Of a DNA stretch of 64,000 nt, positions 50,409 through 60,461 are shown piece after piece. Each line of letters opens with the position of its first letter. The stretch's first letter is position 1. The stretch comes from Marinicella sp. (GTDB lineage: Bacteria > Pseudomonadota > Gammaproteobacteria > Xanthomonadales > Marinicellaceae), in the NCBI GenBank assembly GCA_965230295.1, contig OZ246001.1, positions 2,272,001 to 2,336,000 of the forward strand. Reading direction: 5' to 3'. A program made the translations under genes and the position numbers. The notes beneath the pieces were generated by a model that was given only the letters and a program-made list of their open reading frames with translations, was not told the DNA's origin and searched no databases.

Positions 50409-51359
50409 ATGGTTGATTTAGTGGTCAAAAGACTGCTGTGGGGCCTACCAGTGCTCTGGCTGATTTTGACCCTGACCTTTTTTTTGTTGCGTGCAGCCCC
50501 TGGCGGTCCATTCGATCAGGATCGCGAATTGACACCTGAAGTTGAACAACTGATAGCTCAAAAATACCAGCTGGATCAGCCGTTGTTGACCCAATATGGA
50601 AACTACCTAAAAAGTGTGGCCAGTGGCGATTTAGGGCCCTCATTTCAATACGCAGACCATTCAGTCAATGAGTTGATTAAACTCGGTTTACCGGTATCAT
50701 TAACGATTGGCTTCTATGCCTTGATTCTGGCCATCATCATAGGCACACTGTTGGGTATGGTGGCGGCTCTGTATGCCAACAAATGGCCCGATCTGGTGGC
50801 CATGCTGACGGCAGTGATTGGTATCAGTACCCCTAACTTTGTCATCGCGCCTTTGCTCATCATGTGGTTGGCAGTCTCTTGGCAGTGGTTGCCTGTGGGT
50901 GGCTGGTCAGGCGGCCAATGGCCGTATGTGGTGTTACCGGTGGTGACTTTAAGCTTGCCATACATAGCAGCGATAGCCCGTTTGATCCGTGGCAGCTTGC
51001 TTGAGGTTTTGAGCCAACCATTCATTCGAACCGCCCGCGCCAAAGGGCTGAAGCCACATGAGGTGATCTTCAGGCATGCTTTGCGACCTGCCATGTTGCC
51101 AGTGATCAGTTATCTGGGTCCTGCAGCTGTTGGGTTGATGACCGGATCCGTGGTGATCGAACAAATATTCGGCATCCCTGGGATGGGCCGATATTTTGTT
51201 CAAGGTGCACTGAACCGGGATTACACCCTGGTGTTGGGTGTGGTGTTGGTGATTGGGGTGATGATGTTGCTGTTCAATTTGTTGGTCGATCTGTTGTACC
51301 GGTGGGTTGATCCCCGAACGGCCCAAACAAACCGCAAAAAATCAGGGTCAATGGCATGA
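50409..51359 (+). CDS. oppB: Oligopeptide ABC permease
   Basis: APGGPF, GDLGPS, RTARAKGL, NRDYTLV. Confidence 0.88.
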   Translation: MVDLVVKRLLWGLPVLWLILTLTFFLLRAAPGGPFDQDRELTPEVEQLIAQKYQLDQPLLTQYGNYLKSVASGDLGPSFQYADHSVNELIKLGLPVSLTIGFYALILAIIIGTLLGMVAALYANKWPDLVAMLTAVIGISTPNFVIAPLLIMWLAVSWQWLPVGGWSGGQWPYVVLPVVTLSLPYIAAIARLIRGSLLEVLSQPFIRTARAKGLKPHEVIFRHALRPAMLPVISYLGPAAVGLMTGSVVIEQIFGIPGMGRYFVQGALNRDYTLVLGVVLVIGVMMLLFNLLVDLLYRWVDPRTAQTNRKKSGSMA

Positions 51360-52156
51360 AGTTAAGGCTTGGTCTCATGTTGTTGATACTGATCAGCTTG
51401 GTGGTTGTGCTGGGGCCTGTGTTCAATGATTTCGATCCGGAAACCATTCACTGGGACGACATGGCCATTGGGCCTGATGCCACCTATTGGTTTGGTACCG
51501 ATGTGATGGGCAGGGACCTGTTTATCAGGACTTTATTGGGCGGGCAAGTTTCTTTGTTGGTGGGTTTGTTGGCCACCTTGGTCAGCGTCATCATTGGTGT
51601 GGTGTATGGCATGGTGGCGGGGTTTGTCGGTGGTCGCACCGATGCCATCATGATGCGCTTGGTGGATGTGTTTTATGCTTTGCCGTTTTTATTTTTGGTG
51701 ATTTTGTTGTTGGTGTTTTTTGGCCAACACATGCTGTTGCTGTTTGTGGCCATCGGTTGTTATTTGTGGCTGGACATGGCCCGCATTGTTCGCGGACAGA
51801 CACTGGTGTTGAAAGAACAGGCCTTTGTCGAAGCGGCCCACGCCATAGGGCAAAACAAACAAGCCATCTTGTGGCGGCATATATTACCGAACCTCAAAGG
51901 CGTTGTGGTGGTTTATGCCACCTTAACCATTCCACAGGTGATCATGATTGAATCATTTTTGAGTTTTCTTGGCTTGGGCTTACAAGAACCCATGACTTCC
52001 TGGGGCTCGCTGGTGAACGAAGGCGCCAGTTACATGGAAATGGCACCATGGAGTTTATACATTCCTGCTTTATTTTTGTCATTGACACTGGTAGGATTTA
52101 ATTTATTGGGGGATGGTCTCAGAGATCGTTGGGACCCTTCTGACACAAGCAGATAA
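51356..52156 (+). CDS. oppC: Oligopeptide ABC permease
   Basis: FGTDVMGRD, FVEAA, HILPN, ESFLSFLGLG, GDGLRD. Confidence 0.88.
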   Translation: MKLRLGLMLLILISLVVVLGPVFNDFDPETIHWDDMAIGPDATYWFGTDVMGRDLFIRTLLGGQVSLLVGLLATLVSVIIGVVYGMVAGFVGGRTDAIMMRLVDVFYALPFLFLVILLLVFFGQHMLLLFVAIGCYLWLDMARIVRGQTLVLKEQAFVEAAHAIGQNKQAILWRHILPNLKGVVVVYATLTIPQVIMIESFLSFLGLGLQEPMTSWGSLVNEGASYMEMAPWSLYIPALFLSLTLVGFNLLGDGLRDRWDPSDTSR

Positions 52157-52237
52157 CGCATAACAATAATAAATAATAATCCGGCGCTGCTCATTCCAAC
52201 AACTCTTCGGTTGTGTGGTTTGGCACGCCCCAACAAA

Positions 52238-53956
52238 ATGAAAAATAACGACAACAAGCCCTTGCTCCAAATACAGGATTTATCCGTCACCTTCAATACC
52301 GATGGTCAAGTTGTACAGGCGGTTGATCAACTCAGTTTTGATATCAGCAAAGGACAAACCATCGGCTTGGTCGGTGAAAGTGGTTCAGGCAAATCGGTCA
52401 CAGCTTTATCAATTCTGGGTTTGATACCTCAGCCGCCAGGCAAGATTGCCGGCGGGCGAATTCTGTTCGAAGGCCAAGACTTGATATCCATGCCTGAGAA
52501 AAATTTGCGCCGCATTCGGGGCAATGACATTTCTATGGTGTTTCAAGAACCCATGACTTCTTTGAATCCTGTTTTCAGGGTTGGGTACCAAATTTCAGAA
52601 GTGTTGCGCTTACACCTGAAGTTGAACAGAAAACAAGCCATGCAGCGCACCATTGAGCTGCTGGACTGGGTCGGTATCCCGGAACCACACAGGCGAGTGC
52701 GGGCCTATCCTCATGAGTTGTCGGGCGGACAGAAACAACGGGTGATGATTGCCATGGCCATCGCTTGTGAACCCAAGTTGTTGATTTGTGATGAGCCCAC
52801 CACTGCGTTGGATGTTACGATTCAAAAACAAGTGCTTGAGCTGTTGCAGCAATTACAAAAAGACCTGGACATGAGCATGTTGTTCATCACCCATGATTTG
52901 GCGGTCATTGCTGATCTGGCCGATGAAGTGGTGGTCATGTACCGCAGTCAAAAGGTTGAACAGGCAGCCACTTCAGCCATTTTTAAAAATGCCCAGCACC
53001 CTTACAGCAAAGGTTTGTTGGCCTGTCGGCCACAATTGCATGACAACCCCAAGCGCTTGTTGACAGTGGCCGATTTCATGTCCCCGACTGGTGAAGAAAT
53101 CACACCCAGTGAGGCACAAAGGGCGCCGCAGCAGAAAGCAGATAAGTCAGCAAACCCGGTATTGGTCGAAGTCAATGACCTGAAAACCTACTTTCCCATC
53201 AAGTCTGGATTCTTTGGCCGCACCAAAGACCATGTCAAAGCCGTTGATGGGGTCAGTTTTGCGGTCAAAAAAGGTGAGACATTGGGTTTGGTGGGTGAAT
53301 CAGGTTGCGGCAAGACCACCCTGGGTCGCACCCTGCTGCGATTACAAGCAGCCACCAGTGGTTCGGTCAGTTATGATGGGATTGAAGTATTTGAGCAAAA
53401 TGCGCAACAAATGAGGGCATTGCGATCACGCATGCAAATCATATTTCAAGACCCTTATGCATCCTTGAACCCGCGCATGACCATAGGCCAGGCCATTTTG
53501 GAACCTTTGAAAATCCATCGACCCGGCGACAGCCAATCGCAGCGGTGGGAGCGGGTGGTTGAACTGATCAAGCAAGTGGATTTGAACCCGGATCAATTGA
53601 ATCGATTTCCGCATGAGTTTTCTGGTGGACAACGCCAACGCATTTCGATAGCCCGGGCTTTGGCGGTCGATCCTGAATTCATCGTTTGTGATGAATCGGT
53701 TTCGGCATTGGATGTTTCGGTCCAAGCGCAGGTGTTGAACCTGTTGTTGGATTTGCAGGAACAGCGGGATTTGACCTATATCTTCATCTCTCATGACTTG
53801 TCGGTGGTTAACTTCATTGCTGATCGGGTGGGGGTGATGAACCAAGGTCAAATTGTGGAACTGAACACCGCCGAAGCAATCTACCGCAACCCACAAAACC
53901 CATACACCCAAAAGCTGTTGGATGCGATTCCCAAAGGTGAGCCAAAAGTCAATTAA
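52238..53956 (+). CDS. Fused double-domain peptide ABC ATPase (OppD/F, YejF-like)
   Basis: GESGSGKS and [13 protein letters not shown] and FSGGQ. Confidence 0.92.
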   Translation: MKNNDNKPLLQIQDLSVTFNTDGQVVQAVDQLSFDISKGQTIGLVGESGSGKSVTALSILGLIPQPPGKIAGGRILFEGQDLISMPEKNLRRIRGNDISMVFQEPMTSLNPVFRVGYQISEVLRLHLKLNRKQAMQRTIELLDWVGIPEPHRRVRAYPHELSGGQKQRVMIAMAIACEPKLLICDEPTTALDVTIQKQVLELLQQLQKDLDMSMLFITHDLAVIADLADEVVVMYRSQKVEQAATSAIFKNAQHPYSKGLLACRPQLHDNPKRLLTVADFMSPTGEEITPSEAQRAPQQKADKSANPVLVEVNDLKTYFPIKSGFFGRTKDHVKAVDGVSFAVKKGETLGLVGESGCGKTTLGRTLLRLQAATSGSVSYDGIEVFEQNAQQMRALRSRMQIIFQDPYASLNPRMTIGQAILEPLKIHRPGDSQSQRWERVVELIKQVDLNPDQLNRFPHEFSGGQRQRISIARALAVDPEFIVCDESVSALDVSVQAQVLNLLLDLQEQRDLTYIFISHDLSVVNFIADRVGVMNQGQIVELNTAEAIYRNPQNPYTQKLLDAIPKGEPKVN

Positions 53957-54067
53957 TAAGAGCGTTCTATTTATTAACAAACGTTGCCATCATCCTGATG
54001 CGGATTCTAAGGGTCTCCGAAAGGTTTTTTAAGAGGCAGTTTTGTTTTATTGATGTAAAATTAAACA

Positions 54068-54676
54068 ATGAAAAACTTAATTGTAATTATCGTTATAGCT
54101 GCCACATTTTTTGCGACGAAGTACTTCATGGCAGAGTCAGAGAAAGAAGAAGCGTTTAAGAATGCCAATGCGGAAATAGATGCCATCCGATCCGATGTGC
54201 GAAAAAATCAGCCTGATGAACCTGAGGTTTTGGCAATGCATGAGGCTGCTTCGAAGAAAATGATAGATAATATTAACGCCAAAGGCACAGCAAAAGAAAA
54301 ACAAAAAACCGCTGCTGGTTCATTCCTTGGGTATTACTTAGTCAATTACCGCCAGCGTGCTGAATATTGTAAAAATTTAGGTGTTGATATTAAGCCATTT
54401 ATTGATGTATTTAAGGCTTTACATGAAGCTGAATACGCGGTAGCGGTAAAGGCAGTAGCAGCGACACCTGAAAATGTTGATGAATTGTTTGTTGGTTTAC
54501 AACCGCAATTCGTTACTGTAATTGAACAAGACATGGCGTATATTGCCAACGAAAATGGCGTTTCTTTGGCAGAAGCCTGCCGTTTAATTTCAGACCATGC
54601 TGATATATTGGTGCCTGATATGCATATTGCACTGACTCAGCCAGCAGTTCATCAAGCTTTGATGGCTGGTGAGTGA
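54068..54676 (+). CDS. Hypothetical membrane-anchored/exported protein
   Basis: 202-aa ORF, N-terminal hydrophobic segment, two Cys. Confidence 0.65.
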   Translation: MKNLIVIIVIAATFFATKYFMAESEKEEAFKNANAEIDAIRSDVRKNQPDEPEVLAMHEAASKKMIDNINAKGTAKEKQKTAAGSFLGYYLVNYRQRAEYCKNLGVDIKPFIDVFKALHEAEYAVAVKAVAATPENVDELFVGLQPQFVTVIEQDMAYIANENGVSLAEACRLISDHADILVPDMHIALTQPAVHQALMAGE

Positions 54677-55190
54677 ACATCAGTTGATGAAGTTGATCAA
54701 ACCGACCATTGACCACCAAGACAGCTACCTGTCTTACATCGAAGAACTGGGCGAAGAAGAACGTTACCCTTTTCCACTGGATTTTGATCACAGTGATTTT
54801 TCAGCCTGGCTCAAGCGCGTGGCTGAATTTGAACAAGGGATTGAATTGCCATTGGGTTATGTGCCGAGCTCAACCTATTTTATGGTGAAAGATGGTGAAA
54901 TTTTAGGCGTCTCCAACTTGCGTCATGTAATGAATGATGCCTTGCTTGAAGCGGGTGGACACATCGGCTTGAGCACCCGACCCAGTCTGCGAGGACAAGG
55001 TTTGGGCATTGAACTGCTACAACTGACCTTGACTGAAGCCAACCAACTGGACATCAACGAAGTGCACATCCATTGTTATCATGACAATCCTGCTTCTGCC
55101 AAAATGATCGAAGCCTGTGGCGGGGTGTTGGATTCTGAATTCAAACCCGATGATGGGCCTGTGGTGCTGCGGTATGTGATTCGGCAGTAA
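54669..55190 (+). CDS. GNAT acetyltransferase
   Basis: GYVPSSTYF, GGHIG..RPSLRGQG, NPASAKMIEACGG. Confidence 0.88.
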   Translation: MSEHQLMKLIKPTIDHQDSYLSYIEELGEEERYPFPLDFDHSDFSAWLKRVAEFEQGIELPLGYVPSSTYFMVKDGEILGVSNLRHVMNDALLEAGGHIGLSTRPSLRGQGLGIELLQLTLTEANQLDINEVHIHCYHDNPASAKMIEACGGVLDSEFKPDDGPVVLRYVIRQ

Positions 55191-55209
55191 TTGCAGTGAT
55201 TTCTAATCA

Positions 55210-55402
55210 TGTCATTGCCACGGCGTTTCACGCCTCGCAATGACATCCTTTTCTACCATCATCCTCGGGCTTCCTTAAGGGACCTACTTTTGGTGACCCG
55301 GGGATCCATTGAGAGAACATTGCGTGATGATTTCACAATGGTATAAGACGCTTTGCGTGTTTGCTTCGCAAACTGGATCCCGGACCAAGTCCGGGATGAC
55401 GA
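55210..55402. repeat. GTCAT...ATGAC palindromic (RPE/REP-like) repeats
   Basis: TGTCATTGC..GCAATGACA and TCATCCTCGG..GGGATCCA..TGGATCCCGG..CCGGGATGAC. Confidence 0.75.
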
Positions 55403-55465
55403 CTTCTTAGAGCCATCTAAATTTTGGATCGATTCAAAAAAATCACCCTCATTACAAAAAAACAT

Positions 55466-55495
55466 TTGCCACTTTTGAAAAAAGCGTGTTACATT
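55466..55495 (+). promoter_or_regulatory. Putative sigma70 promoter of arg leader
   Basis: TTGCCA-N18-TACATT with extended TG. Confidence 0.5.
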
Positions 55496-55520
55496 ACGAG
55501 CAAATCACTACTTAAGACAT

Positions 55521-55628
55521 ATGCAACAACCAACCAACAACTTGTTTAAATCAAACAGCTCATTGCCAAACAGCAATGCAGTGGTTGTTCGTCGTCGCCG
55601 TATTCAGGACATAGGTGTTCTTTGGTAG
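55521..55628 (+). CDS. Arginine-operon leader peptide (35 aa, RRRR)
   Basis: MQQPTNNLFKSNSSLPNSNAVVVRRRRIQDIGVLW*; CGT CGT CGC CGT at 55590-55601; below the ORF-track cutoff; SD is weak. Confidence 0.8.
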   Translation: MQQPTNNLFKSNSSLPNSNAVVVRRRRIQDIGVLW

Positions 55629-55656
55629 GCGTGTGATTAAGTAAAAACTAAATTCG

Positions 55657-55685
55657 AAAACCCGGCCAAAGAGCCGGGTTTTTTT
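55657..55685 (+). terminator. Attenuator terminator
   Basis: AAAACCCGGC-CAAAGA-GCCGGGTTTTTTT, 50 nt before the argF' start. Confidence 0.9.
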
Positions 55686-55734
55686 ATACCCCGCTTTTTG
55701 GCTTTATTAAGAGACCTCATGAGAGGAATGAACC

Positions 55735-56754
55735 ATGATAAAGCATTTTATAAGCACCGAAGACTGGACCCAGACCGAACTCGAGTCGTTACTCGATGTG
55801 GCTGGCTACCTGAAACAACACCCGATTCACAATCACCTGGCCGGCAAGTCGATTGCTTTGCTGTTCCTCAACCCTTCGATGCGTACCCGAACTTCTTTTG
55901 AACTGGGTATGCAACAACTCGGTGGTATGGCCATTGTGCTGCAACCTGGTCAGGATGCCTGGGGCATAGAGTTCGAGCCCGGTGTCGTCATGGATGGCAC
56001 TGCCGAGGAACACATCAAAGAAGTGGCCGGTGTGTTGTCTTCGTATGTCGACATGATTGCTATCAGGGCTTTTCCTGCTTTCCAGGATTGGTCCAAAGAC
56101 AAGCTCGACCACCAGATAAAAGGCCTGGCGGCTCATGCCTCGGTACCAGTGATCAACATGGAAACCATCGTGCATCCTTGTCAGGAGTTGGCCTTGATGA
56201 TGACCATCAAGAAACATCTGGGCAACCCAGCCAAAAAGAAATTCGTCCTGACCTGGACCTACCACCCCAAACCATTGAACACCGCGGTGGCCAATTCTGC
56301 CTTGTTGATCAGCAGCAAATTCGGTATGGACGTAACCTTGTTGTGTCCCAATGAGCATTACCTGCTGGATTCCCATTACCTGGATGTGGCCCAAGCTCAG
56401 TGTCAGGCCCATGGCAGTGATTTTCAGGTCACCCATGACATCGAAGCCGCTTATTCAGGCGCGGATTATGTCTACGCCAAGAGCTGGGGGGCTTTGCCGT
56501 TTTATGGAGATCCAGTCGCTGAATTTGAACAGCGCAAACAGTACCAGCATTTCATTGTGGATGGCGCCAAGATGGCCATGACCAACCAGGCCAGGTTCAG
56601 CCATTGTTTGCCCTTGCGCAGAAACATCAAAGCCACCGACGAGGTGATGGATGCCGATTACTGCGTGGCCTTGGAAGAAGCCGAAAACCGACTGCATGTG
56701 CAAAAAGCGTTGATGCTTAGGCTCATGAACAAAGAATTACAGACAACAGATTAA
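55735..56754 (+). CDS. argF: N-acetylornithine carbamoyltransferase (argF')
   Basis: SMRT, EEHIKEV, HPCQ, LTWTYHPKPLNTAV, HCLPLRRNIK: Xanthomonas-type AOTCase signatures. Confidence 0.92.
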   Translation: MIKHFISTEDWTQTELESLLDVAGYLKQHPIHNHLAGKSIALLFLNPSMRTRTSFELGMQQLGGMAIVLQPGQDAWGIEFEPGVVMDGTAEEHIKEVAGVLSSYVDMIAIRAFPAFQDWSKDKLDHQIKGLAAHASVPVINMETIVHPCQELALMMTIKKHLGNPAKKKFVLTWTYHPKPLNTAVANSALLISSKFGMDVTLLCPNEHYLLDSHYLDVAQAQCQAHGSDFQVTHDIEAAYSGADYVYAKSWGALPFYGDPVAEFEQRKQYQHFIVDGAKMAMTNQARFSHCLPLRRNIKATDEVMDADYCVALEEAENRLHVQKALMLRLMNKELQTTD

Positions 56755-56764
56755 GGAATTTAAC

Positions 56765-57967
56765 ATGAAAAATAAAACCATTGTTTTGGCATTCTCAGGT
56801 GGGCTAGATACCAGTTTTTGCCTGCATCAACTGACCCAACAAGGCCATCAAGTACACACCGTGTTTGTCAATGCCGGCGGCATCACGTCCGAAGGCATAC
56901 AAGCCATCGAGCAACACGCCATGGCCCTGGGCAGCTACCAACACCACACCATCAATGCACAACAAGCGATTTGGGATGAATTTGTCAAACCACTGATCTG
57001 GTCCAAAGCCAAGATGCGTGGTGAATACCCACTGCTGTGTTCAGACCGTTATGTGATCGTCAAGTTATGTTTACAGCTGTGCGATCAGTTGAACACACCG
57101 TATTTTGCCCACGGTTGTACTGCCATGGGTAATGATCAGTTCCGCTTCGATCAAACCGTACACTCGTTGGGTGACTACCAAATCATCGCCCCGATCAGGG
57201 ATTTACAAGCCCAAGTCAGTGGCAACATCCGAGACCATGAACTGCAGGTGTTGAAACAAGCTGGCTTCGATATGGCCGGTCAGCATGAAAAGTACTCGAT
57301 CAATGAAAACATGCTTGGTGTGACCGTTTCCGGCAGTGAGATCGATCAGTTCCAGGCGCCGACCGAGGACAGCCTGTGTTGGGTCAAACCCAAATCAAGC
57401 TGGCCAGAACAAGCCCTGGAATTGCAACTGACCTTCAACGGTGGGGTCGCCACCCATTTGAACGGCAAAGCCATGGCCGGCCCAGACATGTTGCATGTCT
57501 TGAACACCCAATTGGCCGCTTATGGCATCGGCAGACACATTTACACCGGTGATGTCAGCATTGGCTTGAAAGGCAGGATCGCTTTTGAGTGCCCTGGCAT
57601 CGATGGGTTGATGCAAGCGCACAAAGCCCTGGAAGATTTGGTCAATTCGAAGCTACAAAATCAATTCAGGGCCCAAGTGGCAGAAAGGTGGGGAGAATTG
57701 GTGTATCAAGGTTTCTTTTATGAACCACACAAAGCCGACCTGGAAGCCTATTTGGCCAGTTCACAATCCCATGTGACCGGTACAGTGACTTTGAGTACCG
57801 CTGGCGGTGCATTGTTGGCCACCGCCGTCGATTCACCTTTTATCATCCAGGACCAAGCTTCGATCTATGCCCAATCCTGTGATTGGTCGCCGGCCGAAGC
57901 TTTGGGCTTCATCAAATTAACCGGCCAAAGTGCCACACTCGTCAACCACGTCAGGAGGGCCTCATGA
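56765..57967 (+). CDS. argG: Argininosuccinate synthase
   Basis: LAFSGGLDTS, AHGCTAMGNDQ.RF, YSINEN, GLKGR. Confidence 0.95.
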   Translation: MKNKTIVLAFSGGLDTSFCLHQLTQQGHQVHTVFVNAGGITSEGIQAIEQHAMALGSYQHHTINAQQAIWDEFVKPLIWSKAKMRGEYPLLCSDRYVIVKLCLQLCDQLNTPYFAHGCTAMGNDQFRFDQTVHSLGDYQIIAPIRDLQAQVSGNIRDHELQVLKQAGFDMAGQHEKYSINENMLGVTVSGSEIDQFQAPTEDSLCWVKPKSSWPEQALELQLTFNGGVATHLNGKAMAGPDMLHVLNTQLAAYGIGRHIYTGDVSIGLKGRIAFECPGIDGLMQAHKALEDLVNSKLQNQFRAQVAERWGELVYQGFFYEPHKADLEAYLASSQSHVTGTVTLSTAGGALLATAVDSPFIIQDQASIYAQSCDWSPAEALGFIKLTGQSATLVNHVRRAS

Positions 57968-59094
57968 ACCAGCAAGCCTCAGCAGTCGCACTGCCAACGA
58001 AACACAGCGAAGCCGCAGCGGCGGAATGGACCTTGATCAAACAGCATTTGAGTTTTTTGATCGCACAAGACACCTGTAACCCGCCCAGGCAGATCAAGTT
58101 CACCGACCCCATTTTTGTGGGTTTAGAAGCGTTCTTTAAAGCCCAACAATTTACCGTCACCATGGCAGATTTTGGTGACGGGCATGTGGCCTTTTATGCT
58201 GTCAGGGGTGCATCCGACATCCTGTTCAATGTGCACCTGGACACCGTACCCGTCTCAGAGGGTTGGTCCAGTGATCCCTTCCAATTAACCGAAGCCGGCG
58301 GCAAAGTCTATGGCAGGGGCGTCTGTGACATCAAAGGCGCAGCGGCCTGTTTGATGGCCCTGGCCGAAAACACCAGCCATGACATGGCGGTGTTGTTCAC
58401 CACCGATGAAGAAGGTATGAACAGTTGTTGTATCCAAAACTACATTGATGGCCATGACCTGTCTGTTTACCAGCAGGTGGTGGTGGCTGAACCCACCGAT
58501 TGCCAGGCGGTGTTGGAACACCGTGGTTATGTGTCTGCCCATGGTCATTTCCACGGCCAAAGTGGTCATTCATCCTCGGTCAATGCGTTGACCGGTAACG
58601 CCGTTCACCAAGCGAATTGTTGGCTCCACCATGCCATCTCATTGGCAGCCAATGAAAAGACGGCCAGCAATCCACCCGGCATTTGTTTTAACCTGGGCTA
58701 CATCAAAGGCGGTGAGAAAAACAACATGATCGCCGAAAGCTGTCAGTTGGGTTTCAGTGTCAGGGTGCCAGCTGGTACTTCATCGATGGGCACATACAAG
58801 GCTTTGATTAAGGCAACAGATAACCAAGCTGAATGGCACTGGACCATGATGGCTCCGGCGCTGCCTGAACAGCCTGAAAGTAAACTGGCAGCGGCCGCCT
58901 TTTGCCAACAACATGACTTACCCGTCGGCGCACCGGTTGATTTCTGGACCGAAGCGGCTTTGTTTGCGGCCGCTGGGGTGCCTGCTTTGGTGTTGGGACC
59001 TGGTGACATTGCCCAAGCCCACACCGTGGATGAATGGGTGGCGATTGAGCAACTGACCACCTGTTATCAGTTGTATGAGGGCCTGCTGTCATGA
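57964..59094 (+). CDS. argE: Acetylornithine/acetylcitrulline deacetylase (M20)
   Basis: HLDTVP, GRGVCDIKG, DEE, EPT, GPGDIAQAH. Confidence 0.92.
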   Translation: MNQQASAVALPTKHSEAAAAEWTLIKQHLSFLIAQDTCNPPRQIKFTDPIFVGLEAFFKAQQFTVTMADFGDGHVAFYAVRGASDILFNVHLDTVPVSEGWSSDPFQLTEAGGKVYGRGVCDIKGAAACLMALAENTSHDMAVLFTTDEEGMNSCCIQNYIDGHDLSVYQQVVVAEPTDCQAVLEHRGYVSAHGHFHGQSGHSSSVNALTGNAVHQANCWLHHAISLAANEKTASNPPGICFNLGYIKGGEKNNMIAESCQLGFSVRVPAGTSSMGTYKALIKATDNQAEWHWTMMAPALPEQPESKLAAAAFCQQHDLPVGAPVDFWTEAALFAAAGVPALVLGPGDIAQAHTVDEWVAIEQLTTCYQLYEGLLS

Positions 59095-60461
59095 ATGCCT
59101 TGAAAACCATGCCGCATGGTCTGATCCAAAGTGCTTTGCAGTCGTTGACCAACAGCCAAGAAGCCAAGCACTACTTGACCCGTTTTCACAACAACGAACT
59201 GCGTTTTGCGGTGGTCAAAGTCGGTGGCGGTACCTTGGCCAATGAGTTGGCTGAATTGACCCAATCCTTGGCCTTACTGGCGCATTTGGGTTTGACGCCT
59301 ATTATCATCCACGGTGCTGGGATTCAATTGGACCAAGCGATTGATCAGGCCGGTATCACCACCATCAAAAAAGATGGTTTAAGGGTCACCGATGCGGCCA
59401 CCATGCAGGTGGTCAGGCCGGTGATGTATGAAGTCAACCAACAACTGGTCGCAGCTCTAGAAGCCCAAGGGGTGCGAGCCACCGGTGTGGTGCATGGGGT
59501 GTTTGAATGTGATTACCTGGACCAAGATCAATATGGTTTGGTTGGTGAGGTTAAAAACATCCACCTCTCACCCATCAAGCAGGCATTACAAATGGGCCAT
59601 GTGCCAGTACTCAGTTGTTTGGGCGAAACCGCCAGTGGTCAGGTGGTGAATATCAACGCCGACATCGCCACCCGTGAGTTGGTGTGGCAGATCAACCCAC
59701 ACAAGATCATCTTTGTCACGCCCACCGGCGGTCTGTTGGACCAAGATCAGCAGATCATCTCGGCCATCCATTTGCACAACAGCTACGACCAGCTGATGCA
59801 AGCAGACTGGTTACACTCAGGGATGAAACTGAAACTGGAACAGATCAAACAAATGCTCGAGCCGATGGACTCTGGTCATTCGGTGTCGATCACCTCCAGT
59901 CAGAACCTGACCCGTGAACTGTTCACCCACCAAGGGGCTGGTACTTATATCAACATGGGTGAACAGATCCATGCGCATGATGCCTTGAATCCGGCCTTGG
60001 AAGCTGAGCTGATGGCTTTGTTTGAACACAGTTTTGGGCAACAATTCCAAGCGGGGTTTTTACAGTCGTTGCCGATCAAGGCCATTTACCTGGCTGAATC
60101 GGGTAGAGCAGCGGCCTTGGTGACCGAAGGGTTCCGTGGCCATGCCTACCTGCATAAATTCGCGGTGACACCGGCAGCCCAAGGGGAGGGCTTGGCCAGT
60201 GCCTTGTGGCGCACCATCAAGCAAAACCACCCGCAGATGTATTGGCGTTCCAGACAGAGCAACGCCATCAACGGCTGGTATTTCAAACAAGCCGAATGCG
60301 CGATCAAGGCGCCCGCGGCAGCCGGTGCCTGGGTCGGTTTTGCCTGTGGCTTGTTCCCGGCCGAAGCCATGACCTGCATGCACCATGCCTTCACCGAAGA
60401 TTCGGGCTGGCAGTCAACGGTTGTTGATGAACTTGAAATCAGGGAGCAGAAACATGCCTAA
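59091..60461 (+). CDS. argB: Acetylglutamate kinase with C-terminal NAT domain (bifunctional NAGS/K type)
   Basis: KVGG, HGAG, GLRVT, NINAD, SGMKLK, ELFTHQGAGT; YLHKFAV..QGEGL, WRSR..N.INGWY. Confidence 0.9.
   Translation: MNALKTMPHGLIQSALQSLTNSQEAKHYLTRFHNNELRFAVVKVGGGTLANELAELTQSLALLAHLGLTPIIIHGAGIQLDQAIDQAGITTIKKDGLRVTDAATMQVVRPVMYEVNQQLVAALEAQGVRATGVVHGVFECDYLDQDQYGLVGEVKNIHLSPIKQALQMGHVPVLSCLGETASGQVVNINADIATRELVWQINPHKIIFVTPTGGLLDQDQQIISAIHLHNSYDQLMQADWLHSGMKLKLEQIKQMLEPMDSGHSVSITSSQNLTRELFTHQGAGTYINMGEQIHAHDALNPALEAELMALFEHSFGQQFQAGFLQSLPIKAIYLAESGRAAALVTEGFRGHAYLHKFAVTPAAQGEGLASALWRTIKQNHPQMYWRSRQSNAINGWYFKQAECAIKAPAAAGAWVGFACGLFPAEAMTCMHHAFTEDSGWQSTVVDELEIREQKHA

Noticed and set aside
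53985-54050. Hammerhead-like CTGATG...GAAA
   Set aside because: The core reads CTGATGC rather than CTGATGA, stem II is poor, and I found no stem III/cleavage triplet
55576-55614. Alternative leader ORF MQWLFVVAVFRT
   Set aside because: Different frame with a single Arg; no relation to the operon product
55430-55735. ARG boxes, T-box or riboswitch upstream of the arg operon
   Set aside because: No TGAAT..ATTCA-type palindrome, T-box sequence or recognisable aptamer; the leader-peptide model fits better
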